DNA of 64,000 bases from the NCBI GenBank assembly GCA_964016885.1, contig OZ024752.1:21080001-21144000 (forward strand), in the 5' to 3' direction. The stretch comes from Eledone cirrhosa (taxonomy: Eukaryota). Below are positions 25,870 to 40,329 of this stretch, one piece after another; within the stretch, counting starts at the first letter, position 1; each line of letters opens with the position of its first letter. Below the pieces are notes generated by a model. It did not search any database. It was not told the DNA's origin and saw only the letters and a program-made list of their open reading frames with translations. Made by a program: the position numbers and the translations under genes.

Positions 25870-28800
25870 ATAAAATAAAGTTAAATACAAGTCGAATGAT
25901 TAAAATTTAGCTTCGTTTATTACTGCTATATATATTTCAGTGACAGCCATCTTTGGCTGTGACCTCTTCAGGCAGTTTGAATTAGTATGGTATAGACAAG
26001 TACATATGTTGTTGAGGTGTATAATATTGTCAATACTCTGATATGCCCAGTTCCTTGTTGGGTTGTTATTTCACTGAGGAACTGGAATCATATGAATTCA
26101 AACAAACGAATTTCAGTGTCAAAGGTCCTCTTCTCCTCTCATTGGTCAGTTATTAGAACATTCCTCATTCTAAGTGTTGTTATTGTTGGAGTTAGCTTAA
26201 AAAATTGATAAAATGGTAGAAGGGACAAGGTGTTAAAGGAACAAAATAACAAAAAAAGTGTCACACTTCCCATTGGTCAGTTCTGAGAGCATTCCTCAGT
26301 CAGAAGTCTATAGAATTCTTTCTGGGGTGAGGCTCCCTGTAGTGTTTTTTGTTTTTGATTTTTCAGTACATTTGACCTCTACCATTATTTTGGTAGTGTT
26401 GTTGGTGTTGTGGTCAGCTTATATCTTGCTGCTGCTAACAATTTAGAAGTATCCAGTGTGTGTTTTTTCTTCATCCCTCCCGCCACCATTTCCCACAGTG
26501 GTGGTGGTGGTGGTGGTGGTGGTGGTGTGTGTGTGTGGGGGGGGGGTCTTCCATGTATATGAAGAAATATAAGGCAATAAATGAAGAAAACAGAAAATAA
26601 ATAAATAATATAATAAAATAATTAATATAATTTGTATAATTTGAAAATAAATAAATAAATAGAGAATAAAGAATAAAGAATAAAGAATAAATGAAACATT
26701 GGTGAAAAAGTAATGAAAATGAATATGGAGAAGTGAAAAATAATGTAGGATAAAGTGTGTGTGTGTGCTATAACCAATCTCAAGGTCAGAAATATGTTGG
26801 ATAGATTGGTATGAGGACAAGATGTTAAGATAAGATAATCAAACTAAATGTGTTTGTGTTATAATCAATCTCAACTTAAAAATAAATATAAGGTGATACA
26901 GTGAAGAGGGCAGAAAACAAATAACAAATTAATAAAGAGAAATCAAGATTTAAAATTGGAACTTGAAGATCAGAAATCTAGTAAATTAAAAAGTGTTTGT
27001 GTTATATAGATGTTGGCAAAATTATAATGGCTGTGTCCGATTCTATCTCTAGGCTATCATGGTGTCTGCTCAGCCTGGGTTGTTCCTTATGGCTTGAGGG
27101 GAGTTCACAACCTAGGGTGTTGTTACTGCCCATATAGCTTGAGGGAGGTCTGACCGAGAGGTGTTTACATGTTCTGTAGAAGTCCCTATAACTTGAGGGG
27201 AGTTCACATCTTCTTGTGTTGCTACTGTCCATATATCTTGAGAAAGGTCCCGGGTCTAAGGTGTCTGCATGTCCCGAAGAAGTCGGTTCTGAGGTTTATC
27301 AGGCCGCTTCCACCTCTTAGTATCTCGAGGGTCTCGTTCAAGCATAGTTTGCATATGCAAGATCCCCCTTTATCTGGTGGTACTTTCCTGATTATGTACC
27401 AGGCCAGAGAGTATGGGGTCCTGTCCAGCTTAAGCTTCCAGATCAGGTCGGAGAGAGCTGTGCTTTTCCTTTTGGCTTCCTTCTTGAATGAATGGCGATG
27501 GTTGTGCCAGCGGTCTTTAAAGCTCGTTGATGTGGCTCCTATGTAGAGGTGTTCGGAGTTTGAGGGTTTTAATCCTACAACCGTATACTAGGTTCTTCTT
27601 GAGGCATTCATTACCAAGGGGGCAGGATTCGGGGTTTCTGCAGTTGCAGAGGGTGGTCGGCCTCTGCGTGCCTAGATTAGGGTTCCCGTTATGTGTTACA
27701 TGTTGGTCTTCCCCCAGGCTCGGTGGGGGTTCCTCGGGTCTGTTTGGGTTTCTTGGGTGGGCTCTGGGTCTCCCCTTCCCTCCTTTCACATGGTTCTGCT
27801 GAGTGTTTGTATTGCCATCTTCTGGTTGTGTGTCGTTTTTAAGCCTACTTCTGTTGATGCTAGCTATGTGTTGGGCCAAATTTCTCGTGGTCGAATACGA
27901 AAGCTTCACAGTGTGTCTGTTGAAGATCCTGTGGTATCTGTGGTCCCTCGGGAAGCATTTGTCAAGTGCTCCAAAGAATAATCGGGCCAAGCTTTTCTTT
28001 AGGGCCGCTGAGTAGGGTGGGTTGTACCACGTGATTTTTCGGTATCTCCTCCTTTATGTGTGGGTCGGGGGCGTCGTGATTTGTTGGAGATTTGTTGGGT
28101 TGCTGGTGGTTTTCGCACTGTTGCTTCCCCTTTGGGCTCTATGCTTTTTGTTATCTTCGCGGCCCGAATTTGTGGGGTGGTCGTTGTCCGCCCCGGGAGA
28201 TCCATCGTGTGGTGGTCGCCCGTTTCCTCCCCCCTACGTGTCCTGCGGTTGGGGTCGTCTGTCCTGGGGTGATTAGCGTCACGCCTGAGACTGCTACTCA
28301 TATTGTGCTCCATCTCGTGGTCAAGCGCACTAGTCCCCACCGCCCGTGTGGTGGTGTCGGGCACATGGTGCCTATTTGATTCTGCTCTGCCTGTATTGTT
28401 AGGGTTCGCCCTCCCCCCGGGCAACGCGGTTGTGCGTGTCTGTTGGGTTATCCCCATCCCGGCTTTTCGGACTATATGTTATATTTTGGCCATGTGCCGC
28501 CTTCTTTAGAATTGCGTTGTAATATTCCGCGTGGTTATTGAATATTTCCTTACTTGCGGACAGGCTGGAGATCCTGTCCGAGACACTCTTCACAACTGCC
28601 TTGGTTATGGATCTAGGGTGGTTTGATTTGGCGTTAACATATACTAGTTTCTCGTTGGGCTTGTGGTAGGGGTAGTATTGCTCGGTGTTCAGGTTTAGAG
28701 TGGTATCTAGGAAGTTAACTACCTTCCTATTTGGGTCTATTTCTATGCTGAGCCCCTGGTTCTTAAGGAAATGGCGAATACGCCTCCTCATACCCTCCAA

Positions 28801-29725
28801 CATATTGGTGCTGTGGTCATATACTGTGAATAGAGCATCGTCACGATATAATCCGCCGCCCAGGCAGGGGATTTCATCTTTTATCTGCTTCAGCAGGTAG
28901 AGCCAAACCAGGTCCGTTACCTGCGCTGAGTCGCTGGAGCCCATCGTGATGTCAAAATTATTTGGCCAATTACTCCTGGTCCAAAGGTCTCCATCGAAGC
29001 GGATTAAGGTCTTTCTTGCGGCGTGGATGATGCTCACCTCCTCTCGGGTTAGGTCCGTATTAGACATCGCTAAAAATAGGGCCTTATTAAGTACTATGGG
29101 TGAGATTGAGGAGTAGTAGCTTGCGATGTCCAGTTGTATAAAGCTGGTCCTACTTTTCTCATGTAGTATTTTGAACCATTCTATTACTTCTCCCGTGCAT
29201 GACCATTGCTGTAATTTAGTTTTCTTCCGAAGCTTCTGACTGAGGAATGCTCTCAGAACTGACCAATGGGAAGTGTGACACTTTTTTTGTTATTTTGTTC
29301 CTTTAACACCTTGTCCCTTCTACCATTTTATCAATTTTTTAAGCTAACTCCAACAATAACAACACTTAGAATGAGGAATGTTCTAATAACTGACCAATGA
29401 GAGGAGAAGAGGACCTTTGACACTGAAATTCGTTTGTTTGAATTCATATGATTCTAGTTCTTCAGTGAAATAACAACCCAACAAGGAACTGGGCATATCA
29501 GAGTATTGACAATATTATACACCTCAACAACATATGTACTTGTCTATACCATACTAATTCAAACTGCCTGAAGAGGTCACAGCCAAAGATGGCTGTCACT
29601 GAAATATATATAGCAGTAATAAACGAAGCTAAATTTTAATCATTTGACTTTTATTTAACTTTATTTTACACTACTCCGGAGTAACCAAACCAACCTGCGC
29701 ACTTCGTCGGGTGCTCCGGATTGCA
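25870..29725 (-). mobile_element. PLE: long arm (RT-GIY-YIG ~27220-29232, 3' pLTR to 25870) and inverted arm 29233-29668 with tail
   Basis: FDITMGSSDSAQVTDLV, GGLYRDD, WYNPPYS, CNCRNPESCPLGNEC..LVYGC; 29233-29668 is the reverse complement of ~25871-26307. Confidence 0.93.
29563..29617 (+). ncRNA. Type-I hammerhead motif (inverted copy 25922-25976; relative at 34526-34581 minus)
   Basis: ACTGC CTGAAGA GGT-C-ACAGCCA-AAGA-TGGCTGT-C-ACT GAAA TATATA TA GCAGT; the 34.5-kb relative shows a compensated stem II (ATAGCCA/TGGCTAT). Confidence 0.9.
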
Positions 29726-29875
29726 TACTGAGGTGTTGGTATACTGAGGTGTTATTAATATTAGAATATAAATATTAATAAAATATTGTTGTACATCCGA
29801 AATATGTATAATAAAATGTAATTGATCAAAAGAACATCTATTTTATTAATATTTATATTCTATATATTTATATTC

Positions 29876-29958
<83 letters not shown>

Positions 29959-30174
29959 GAATAATCGAGTATCGAAAAATCGGCGCACGAGTTCACGATA
30001 AACAAAATTCGAGATGAGCGGCAGAGGGCTCTATAATTCAAATAAATTAGAGCTATAACTATCGTTAAATACCGTCACACGTAGAATATGTCTACAATCA
30101 ACCAAATAACCGATAAGTTCGATATGGAAGATTCGGGACACTCAGATAAATTATCAATAAATCAATAAAATATA

Positions 30175-30258
<84 letters not shown>

Positions 30259-30263
<5 letters not shown>

Positions 30264-33248
30264 ATACTTTGGGAGGGTCATGTTGCCAATAAGAAACACA
30301 CGCACCAGTTGCTTTCACTTCAATTTATTATAATAAATTTATAATAAATTTATAAATTTATAAATTTATAAATTTCTGGTTGGTTGGTTGGTTCCACAAC
30401 CAGATAGTTGTTTATATATAGTCATAGTTCTTTCGTCACACACTCTGTGACCTCTTCAGTGACTGGGGATTCCTTTCTTTGTTTCTGTGCCTCTCCTTTG
30501 TTCTGTCCTACGCCATTTTGTTTCTGTGTGTGTGTTGTGTGCTCAGTCTGCGCATGCGCCACATCCGGGTGTCTGTGTGTGTTTATGTTCATTTATTTAT
30601 TTGTTTATTTACATGTTACTGGTTGGTTGTTTGTTCAATGTGTGTGAGTGTTTTCATTTTGTCCTTAATTGCAAGTTGTGATGTTGCTGTTCCACTCATA
30701 TTTTCTATTTAATTTTGGTTGTAATTCTTTTATGTTTATTGCCTCTGTAATTTGTCTAAACATTGCGTCTTTTCTGTGTGTAGATTCTATTTTTATTTCT
30801 ATGTTCTCAAATTAACCCTTGTGTTCTATTTTAGCATGTTGGTAGAGTACAGATGATTCTTTATTATCTTGAAGGTCTCGCCAGTGTTCATTTATCCGTT
30901 CCCCTACACTACGACCTGTCTCACCTATGTACACTATATTTTTGTCTCTACATTGTCCTTCAGTACATCTTATGCTATACACTACATTTCTAGTTTTACA
31001 GTTAATATGGGGGCTTATTTTACAGGTTATACATTTCTTATCTATACATGAGGGTCTTTGAAAAGGGTATGTCTTGCTAATAAGTGTTTTTACGGAGGTA
31101 CCTGGTCGTTCTACTATCTTAATATTGAGTTTATGTTTATTTAGTGCCCTTCTAAATTTGTAAGCTAATTCACCTCTAGGGGATGTATCGATGAACATTA
31201 CACTCTGGTATTTATTGCTATCATACAATGAGTTTATTCTATTAGCCTTGTTCCTAGTTCTTTCTATTCTATTCCAAAATTTGCTCCTATACAACTTTGC
31301 TACTTAAGCTTACCTATAGTAATAATTACCTAGACACATATGACCTTAGCAACCTGTGCCCTACAAGACCAGCAAGAGGCAGACCACCTACCATTACCTC
31401 AATGGCCAAGAAAACCCACACAGATAGATGGAACGGGTGGACCAGAGCCATACGGACACCCGAAAACCACGATGAACTGAAGAAAATGATTGCACATGCG
31501 GTAGGGGCCAGCATAAAACTAACCCTTAAGGAACATATGTTCAAATTTAATGGAAAAACATATGCCCAAGAGGAAGGAGCAGCCATTGGTGTTAGCATTG
31601 CAGGCGACATAGCTAACTTATTCATGGTATGGTGGGACAGTAGACTTAAACTTAAACTTAAAGAACAATTAGAAGACCCCTTAACCCTGATAATGTACTC
31701 CCGCTACGTAGATGATATAAACATCGTAGTTAAGACACCCCCACTAGAGAACAGTCAGGAACTAGAGAAAAACACAATGGAAAGCATCCAGTAAATAGCA
31801 AACTCCATCCACCAGAGCATTAGAGTTACTATAGACTACCCAAGTAAACACCCCAACCATCGATTACCTGTACTAGACACAGAGCTCTGGTTAGATACCA
31901 TTAACAACAAAAAACAAATCCTCCATTCCCATTATGCCAAACCCATACTTCCAAACATCTGATCCACCGAAACTCGGCCGTTTCGGACCAAACCAAAATC
32001 AACATACTGATTGCGGATTTGGTACGGGTGATGAGAAATGTGTCCCGCATGTGAAACCCCGAAGAACTAGAGAGACAGATACAACACTTCATCCACCGTA
32101 TGCAGTTCTCTGGCTACAATTAGAGAGATAAAATCAGAGTGTATAGAGGAGCCAGAACCAAATGGGAAAACATGGTAAATAATGACATAAATGGGACCTG
32201 CCCCTTGTATAGGAGCAAATTTTGGAATAGAATAGAAAGAACTAGGAACAAGGCTAATAGAATAAACTCATGGTATGATAGCAATAAATACCAGAGTGTA
32301 ATGTTCATCGATACAACCCCTAGAGGTGAATTAGCTTACAAATTTAGAAGGGCACTAAATAAACATAAACTCAATATTAAGATAGTAGAACGACCAGGTA
32401 CCTCCGTAAAAACACTTATTAGCAAGACATACCCTTTTCAAAGACCCTCATGTATAGATAAGAAATGTATAACCTGTAAAATAAGCCCCCATATTAGCTG
32501 TAAAACTAGAAATGTAGTGTATAGCATAAGATGTACTGAAGGACAATGTAGAGACAAAAATATAGTGTACATAGGTGAGACAGGTCGTAGTGTAGGGGAA
32601 CGGATAAATGAACACTGGCGAGACCTTCAAGATAATAAAGAATCATCTGTGCTCTACCAACATGCTAAAATAGAACACAAGGGTAAATTTGAGAACATAG
32701 AAATAAAAATAGAATCTACACACAGAAAAGACGCAATGTTTAGACAAATTACAGAGGCAATAAACATAAAAGAATTACAACCAAAATTAAATAGAAAATA
32801 TGAGTGGAACAGCAACATCACAACTTACAATTAAGGACAAAATGAAAACACACACACACATAGAACAAACAACCAACCAATAACATGTAAATAAACAAAT
32901 AAATAAATGAACATAAACACACACAGACACCCGGATGTGGCGCATGCGCAGACTGAGCACACAACACACACACAGAAACAAAATGGCGTAGGACAGAACA
33001 AAGGAGAGGCACAGAAACAAAGAAAGGAATCCCCAGTCACTGAAGAGGTCACAGAGTGTGTGACGAAAGAACTATGACTATATATAAACAACTATCTGGT
33101 TGTGGAACCAACCAACCAACCAGAAATTTATAAATTTATAAATTTATTATAAATTTATTATAATAAATTGATGTGAAAGCAACTGGTGCGTGTGTTTCTT
33201 ATTGGCAACATGACCCTCCCAAAGTATAAACAAATTCAGAAACGAAAT
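30259..33248 (+). mobile_element. PLE of a different clade: inverted arm 30259-31292, RT-GIY-YIG remnant 31293-32834, 3' pLTR
   Basis: QEEGAAIGVSIAGDIANLFM, YSRYVDD, LPVLDT, NVVYSIRC..YIGETGRSVGERINEH; 30259-31292 is the reverse complement of ~32206-33232. Confidence 0.93.
33035..33079 (+). ncRNA. Minimal type-I hammerhead motif (inverted copy 30420-30464)
   Basis: AGTCA CTGAAGA G GTCACA-GAGTG-TGTGAC GAAA GAAC TA TGACT. Confidence 0.88.
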
Positions 33249-33249
33249 A

Positions 33250-33282
<33 letters not shown>

Positions 33283-33950
33283 CAAGGAAAATAAAAATAA
33301 AATGCTGACAAATTGTTCCCAGTGAAAAATAATTTAATTAGGAATAAGTAAAAATTAGTAATAAGTATTGGTTAGTATTCAGTTTTAGTTTTAAGTTTTA
33401 GTTTTTACCGGTCGCGCATTTCTAATGCTTTTCAAAAATAATTTTGAGATAGAGCGCCCGTGATGTTTGCTCTAATCTGATTAGTTTTGGAAATTCTTCC
33501 TGTTTTATGTGAAAAAAGTGGCTCCAGAGGTATTAAAATAAGTTTCGCGCCAATTTGTGTTGCAAAAATTCTTGTGGTCAAAACAATTTTGATTGGTCGG
33601 TAGAGGTCACATGAATGTTAAAAATTGATTTTGCGCCAAATGTAGGTTTGTTAAAGAGTGTCCTTTTTCGCCTGATTGAGAAGTGACTGAAAAATAAGTC
33701 TTTTAAGACAAATATGTGCGTGTGCGTGTGTGTGTGTGTAGTAAAAAGGTTCATTGTTGTGATAATGGTCAGTAGGGATGTGTGTGTGAATTGCCGTCAT
33801 GTTGAAAGGTCAACAGTTGTGTGTGTGTGTGTGTAACAGAGTAATTCGTGGTAGAGGGATCGGTCAGTAGGAATGTGTCTGTACGCGTGTGGGGGATATT
33901 TTAACATGTTGAAAGATATTTTTCAGCTCTTGTCTTATACGGAGAATTGT
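33283..33950 (-). mobile_element. Diverged relative of the 7.2-9.1 kb PLE pLTR
   Basis: Same order of motifs: TACCGG..GC..GCTTTTCAAAA, GAAAAAAGTGGCTC, TTTCGCGCCA, TTTGATTGG, GATAATGGTCA. Confidence 0.6.
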
Positions 33951-34011
33951 GTGTGTGTGTGTATATGTCTCTTTGTATGTTAGTGTACGCGTGTGTATGT
34001 GTGTGTGTATA

Positions 34012-34088
<77 letters not shown>

Positions 34089-34659
34089 CTGTATGTGTGT
34101 GTATGTGTGTGTGGGTGGACCAGTATTTTTGTGATACTGGTAAAAATGGTGTACATTATTCGATATTTTCAGTAAAAACGATTCTCTCAAGAGAACATCA
34201 AAAACATTAATAATAAAAGGGGTGAAATGATATATAGTATTGTCATAATACCAAGGTGTGTGTGAGTGTCCAGATTGTAAGTACTGCAAAGGGAATCCAT
34301 TAGGCTCTGCCGTATGGGAATACTTGTGTACAAATATGTATGTTCCCATCAGTGTGCAATGCATGTGTGCGTATATGTATGTGTGTGTGTCGGCACGTTT
34401 ATATCTATAGACATCAAAAGGTATGCAAATTTGTGTGTATTTGTGTTGCACCATAGAACATGTATATATATAAATATATAGTGACGAAACATAAGTCAAT
34501 TGCATGAACTCATAATCCTTTATTTACTGCTATGTATATTTCGATGATAGCCATTGAATGGCTATGACCTCATCAAGCAGTTAGTCAGTTCTTAGATATG
34601 CCAGCTCTGTGTTTATAGTGCTGATGGTATCAGAGCCTTGGGACATATATATATATATA

Positions 34660-34848
34660 TAACGAAGGAAATGTTGTAAGGAACCAGATGGACCATAACG
34701 CACCAAAGTACTCAATACTTAGGGTAGTAGAGTGGGTAATAGGAACAAGTATGACCCCGACGGCAGAGCTCAAGCCGTTTCGACGGCTAATTCTGGATTA
34801 GCCGTCGAAACGGGTTGAGCTCTGCCGTTGGGGTCATACTTGTTCCTA
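34660..34848. mobile_element. pLTR-like element with fold-back palindrome (arms ~34739-34791 / 34797-34848); second copy 39617-39790
   Basis: Direct inverted repeat; 34660-34790 is the reverse complement of ~39660-39790; both end in (TA)n. Confidence 0.8.
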
Positions 34849-37396
34849 TGGGTAGCCATGGGCACAAGAATGGGCCCGAACTATGCCAACCTTTTTGTTG
34901 GCCATGTTGAGGCCCAAATCTTTGCCCAGTACACCGGCCCCACGCCCGAACTGTACGGTCGTTACATTGACGACTGTATCGGAGCCACGACCCTCACCCG
35001 AGAACAGCTCGACTCCTTACTCTCCTTCTTCTGCTCCTTCCACCCCTCCCTCCACTTCACCACCTCTATCTCCACCACCCACGTCCACTTCTTAGACATC
35101 TCCGTCGCCTTCGACCCCTCCCACCACTCCCTCGTCACCTCCGCCTTCTTCAAACCCACCGACTCCCACTCTTACCTCGACTTCACCTCTTCCCACCCCA
35201 CCCACACTAAACACTCCATTCCCTACTCCCAACTTCTCAGGATCCGCCGCCTCTGTAGCCGTGATGCTGACTTCGAGTCCCAGGCCTTTTCCCTAGTCAG
35301 CCATTTCATCCGCAGAGGTTACCCCCCTCTCTCGTCTACACCGCTCTCACCCGCGCCCGTGCTGTCCCCCGCTCCACCACCCTCACCCCACGCCACCGCA
35401 CACCCACCCACCGTCTCCCCTTCCCCATCACCTACCACCCCTCCACCTTACCCCTCCACCGCACCATCCGCCGCCTCTTCCGACGCCTCCAGTCCGACCC
35501 CTTCACCTCCCACATCTTCCCAACCCCACCACTCCCCTCCTTCAAACGCGCACGCAATCTCCGCACCCTCCTCTTCCACAGCTCCCTACCCCCCAACCCA
35601 CGCTCTGTTCCCCCCGGTTCCTTTCCCTGTTCTAGGCCCCGCTGCAACACCTGTCCCCACATCACCAACACCACCACCTTCCAGGGTCCCAACGGCCACT
35701 CTCTCTCGGTCCGGCATGCCTTCCGCTGCATCTCCTCCAACCTAGTCTACGGACTTATGTCGGACGGGACGTCGCCTGGCGGACCGAGTCACGGAGCACC
35801 TCCGGGATATTCGTCTCGAGGGCAGTTCCCCCATCGCCCGCCACTTTGGTGGCCCTGGACACTCCGCACGCCATCTCACAGTCTGTGGCCTACTCCAGTG
35901 CCACGGAACACCCGCCCATCGCCTTACGGTCGAACAACGAACTATCTTCATCTTACAGACCCACACTACCCCCGGCCTGAACTCCCCACCCTTATTCCTT
36001 TAGCGTTCGACCGCCCCCCCCCCCCTCCCCCCACACTTATCCCCCACTAACACCACTAACATACCCCTCCTTTTCACCGCCCACCCCACACTAACAATAC
36101 TAACACCTCCACTCCACCCCTCATCTGACCACCCTTCCCCAACTAACATACTAACATCCCTTCCCTACCCTCTTCTCCTCCCCCCGTCCTTATCACACGC
36201 ACACACCCACCGGCACATATATACACGCGCTCACACTATGTACACACCCTACTACCACCACTAACCCTCACCCCAACACCTCTCACCCCCACACCTCCAT
36301 CTCACCACCCCGCAACTAACCTCACTAACACCCCCTAACCCCAAGCACACGAACACACGCACCCACTTACACCACCCACCCCACACGCAACTAACATCAC
36401 TAACCCCCCCCAACCCCACGCACACGTACCCACACACCCCTACTAATACACCCCCCTCCTCACTCCAACTTTCACACCTACCCATGCTCGCCCCCTTACC
36501 ATTCCACCGACTGCTGCTATGCCCTCTGACCACCTCCCAGCACTAACAGACCACAGCACTCCCACTGCTGACCACTTCCTGTTGCGCGCGCACCCCACAT
36601 CTCTCCTCTTCCGACCACCGCTTCATGGATTACCCACACGCAGAAATTGACTTACAGCCAATCCACTAAACATCCTTGGAATTTACCAACTTTTCAACCA
36701 TCCTCTTACGTAATCACCTATATAACTCACCCACACACACACCCCAAAACAATTTTTTTCTCCACACGCCACCCACACCCACAACACGCTTAAACCCCAC
36801 ACACACGTGCTTCCCACCACATATTTACACCCTCAGCCTCCTGATTCCTCTCCCCCACCCCCCCTATCCACACACGCACAGACACTCCGACCCACAAAAA
36901 CAGCCCCACACACACCTCTTCCTGAACATGCAACACCGTTCTTCCCCCAACCCTTACTTTCACATACACACACACACACACACGCACGCCTACACACACA
37001 CACCACCTTCAGCCCTCCCCGCTCGGACACCCCGTCTCCCTCTCCCCACTCCACCCGCCACCACCCCTACTCACCCCACACCCTTCCACCACCTGTTTAC
37101 CCCCCTTTTAATTTCAGTTTATTTTGATCATGCCTTTATTTTTAAATTTATCTCATTCCTTGTATTTTGATCATGCTTATTTTTATTTTTATCTTTATTT
37201 GTTATTTTTTCATTCGCTATATGTCTCTCCACCACTCCCCTACACACCTTTTGAACTCTGTTCCCACACACTTCTCACCTGAGGAAGGGCTTATGCCCGA
37301 AACGTCGTCCCCCACCTACACCCCACTCTCCTGAGCGTGAAATTAATAAACATTTATTGTACTGCCTCTCTGTTTTGTCCCTGTTCAAATTTTTCC

Positions 37397-37398
<2 letters not shown>
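34849..37398 (+). mobile_element. C-rich PLE (5'-truncated RT + degraded GIY-YIG to ~36000, long 3' pLTR)
   Basis: VAMGTRMGPNYANLFVG, RYIDD, FLDISV, FKPTDSHSYL, SIPYSQLLRIRRLCS, RGYP; frameshifted continuation RCNTC..FRCISSNLVY..RRLADRVTEHLRDI. Confidence 0.92.
37279..37309 (+). ncRNA. Hammerhead core motif, no evident stem I (decayed copy 40425-40453 minus)
   Basis: CTGAGGA A GGGC-TTAT-GCCC GAAA CGTCG TC. Confidence 0.65.
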
Positions 37399-37461
<63 letters not shown>

Positions 37462-37466
<5 letters not shown>

Positions 37467-38582
37467 TGGAGTTAGAAGGCCAGAACAATGCAGTTATGGA
37501 TATAGAATATAAATACAAATGCAAAAGATATTGTTGACAATTAGTCTTTTACATTAAATGTATTTGAATATCCTTAAGTTTCGAGATAATATCTCTTCTT
37601 CAGAGGGAAGTAAAGGGGTTACTCCAATGTTCTAATTAGCTTGCCAAGTCATGCTGACAGGAAATAGTATAGAAATTCCATTCTATTTCTAATGTCAAAG
37701 AGTAAAGTTTAGGTGGATAAAGAGTTGTCTCCCTTTAAAAGGGTTTGGACATGTATGTCTAAGTGTGTGTGGGAGAACACGTGAAGGTGTAAGCATATGT
37801 GTGTCTGTGTGCGTGTGTGTGTGTGAGTGTGAGAGGATATGTTTATATGTAAATGTGGGGGCTAGATGCTCTATCATGTTAAAACTGGTCTATGTGTGTG
37901 TATGTGTGTGAGAGAGAATAAGTGAAGGTGTAAGCGTGCGTGTGTGTGCATGTGTGTGTGTGTGAGAGGATACGTGGAGGTGTAAGTGTGGGACTAGGTG
38001 CTCTATCATGTTAAAAATTGGGTGAGTTCTAGTCTGTTATTGATTGGTGGTTGCGTTTTGTCTATAATTAGTGCTTCTTTAATTCTAAGATTGCCGAGGT
38101 TTCTTTCCTTAGCCTCTATCCTAACTATTATGTTTTTGTCGGTGTTTTTGAATTTCACTGGGTGTTTCTTAAATGAGGAAACATTAGTGTTGAGGTGTTC
38201 TTTTATTCTAATGTGAAGTGGTCTGGTGGTGCTACCTATGTAGAAATTGCTGCATTTGTCGCACTCTACTCTGTATACGACGTAAGCCTGGTGGCATAGG
38301 TCTGTGTCGTCGATGGGGCAGTTGGTCAGCGTGCAACGGCTGTCATGTCTGGGGGAGTGTCTCTTGGTTAGCTGTCCGCATAGAGAAGGTCCTGAGTGGC
38401 CTAGCTGGATATCTAGTCCCTCTCGTCTGATAGCTCTGCGGATGGCTGTTGTTGTTTCGTCACTGAAATGTGGGAGCTTGCATTTGTATTTATATTCTAT
38501 ATCCATAACTGCATTGTTCTGGCCTTCTAACTCCAAACATTTATACCTCACTACGCAATGCTTCAAGTAAACTACAATTTCC
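37462..38582 (-). mobile_element. PLE GIY-YIG 3' fragment (38006-38480) + pLTR, with inverted terminal arm 38479-38582
   Basis: YVVYRVECDKCSNFYIGSTTRPLHIRIKEH..RIKEALII..PPIN; 37462-37524 is inverted at 38479-38540; HHR-like CTGAAGA A GAGATA/TATCTC GAAA CTTAAG on minus ~37574-37603. Confidence 0.88.
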
Positions 38583-38618
38583 TTATATATATATATACAC
38601 ACACACACATATATATAT

Positions 38619-39157
38619 AGGGAGCTACTGCCACTGCTAGCTGAAAAAGGCTTTTTCCTCAAAATGACAGGCAGACTGTATGATGTGTGTATACAAACAG
38701 CAATGTTACATGGTAGTGAGACCTGGGCGCTGATTGTGGAAGACTTGCGTAGATTAGAAAGAAACGAAGCCTGCATGCTCCGATGGATGTGTAATAGTAA
38801 TATACGCGAACGGCAAATCATAAACGAATTGAGAGAGGGACTGAGCATAAGAGGAATCAAATGCTGTGTACAGGGGAGGTGGTTGCGTTGGTATGGACAT
38901 GTGATGCGTATGAAAGATGACAGCTGCATAAAAAGGTGCAGAGCACTAGAAGTCGATGGAAACAGAGGAGAGGGGAGACCCAAGAAGACCTGGGATGAGG
39001 TGATAAAAGCCGACCGTAGCCAATTACACCTCTCAAAGACGAACGTGACCTCAGGCATCACGCAGTAATACAGAAGACCCGACCCCCAACGGGTACAAGC
39101 TAACCTATTAACCCATGGTAGCGTGGAAGAACGGACGTAAAAGGGTGATGATGATGA

Positions 39158-39160
<3 letters not shown>
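38619..39160 (+). mobile_element. RTE 3' fragment with (GAT)n tail, flanked by (TA)n
   Basis: GRLYDVCIQTAMLHGSETW..LRWYGHVMRM..GRPKKTW. Confidence 0.9.
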
Positions 39161-39201
<41 letters not shown>

Positions 39202-39221
39202 CATATATATATATAACATAT

Positions 39222-40314
<1,093 letters not shown>

Positions 40315-40329
40315 TATATATATATTTTA

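Noticed and set aside
35325-35745. Pro/Ser-rich C-terminus of ORF 34828-35745
   Set aside because: Out-of-frame reading after a frameshift in the C-rich PLE
36046-36420. Telomeric repeat array
   Set aside because: No tandem (CCCTAA)n; only dispersed CTAAC motifs
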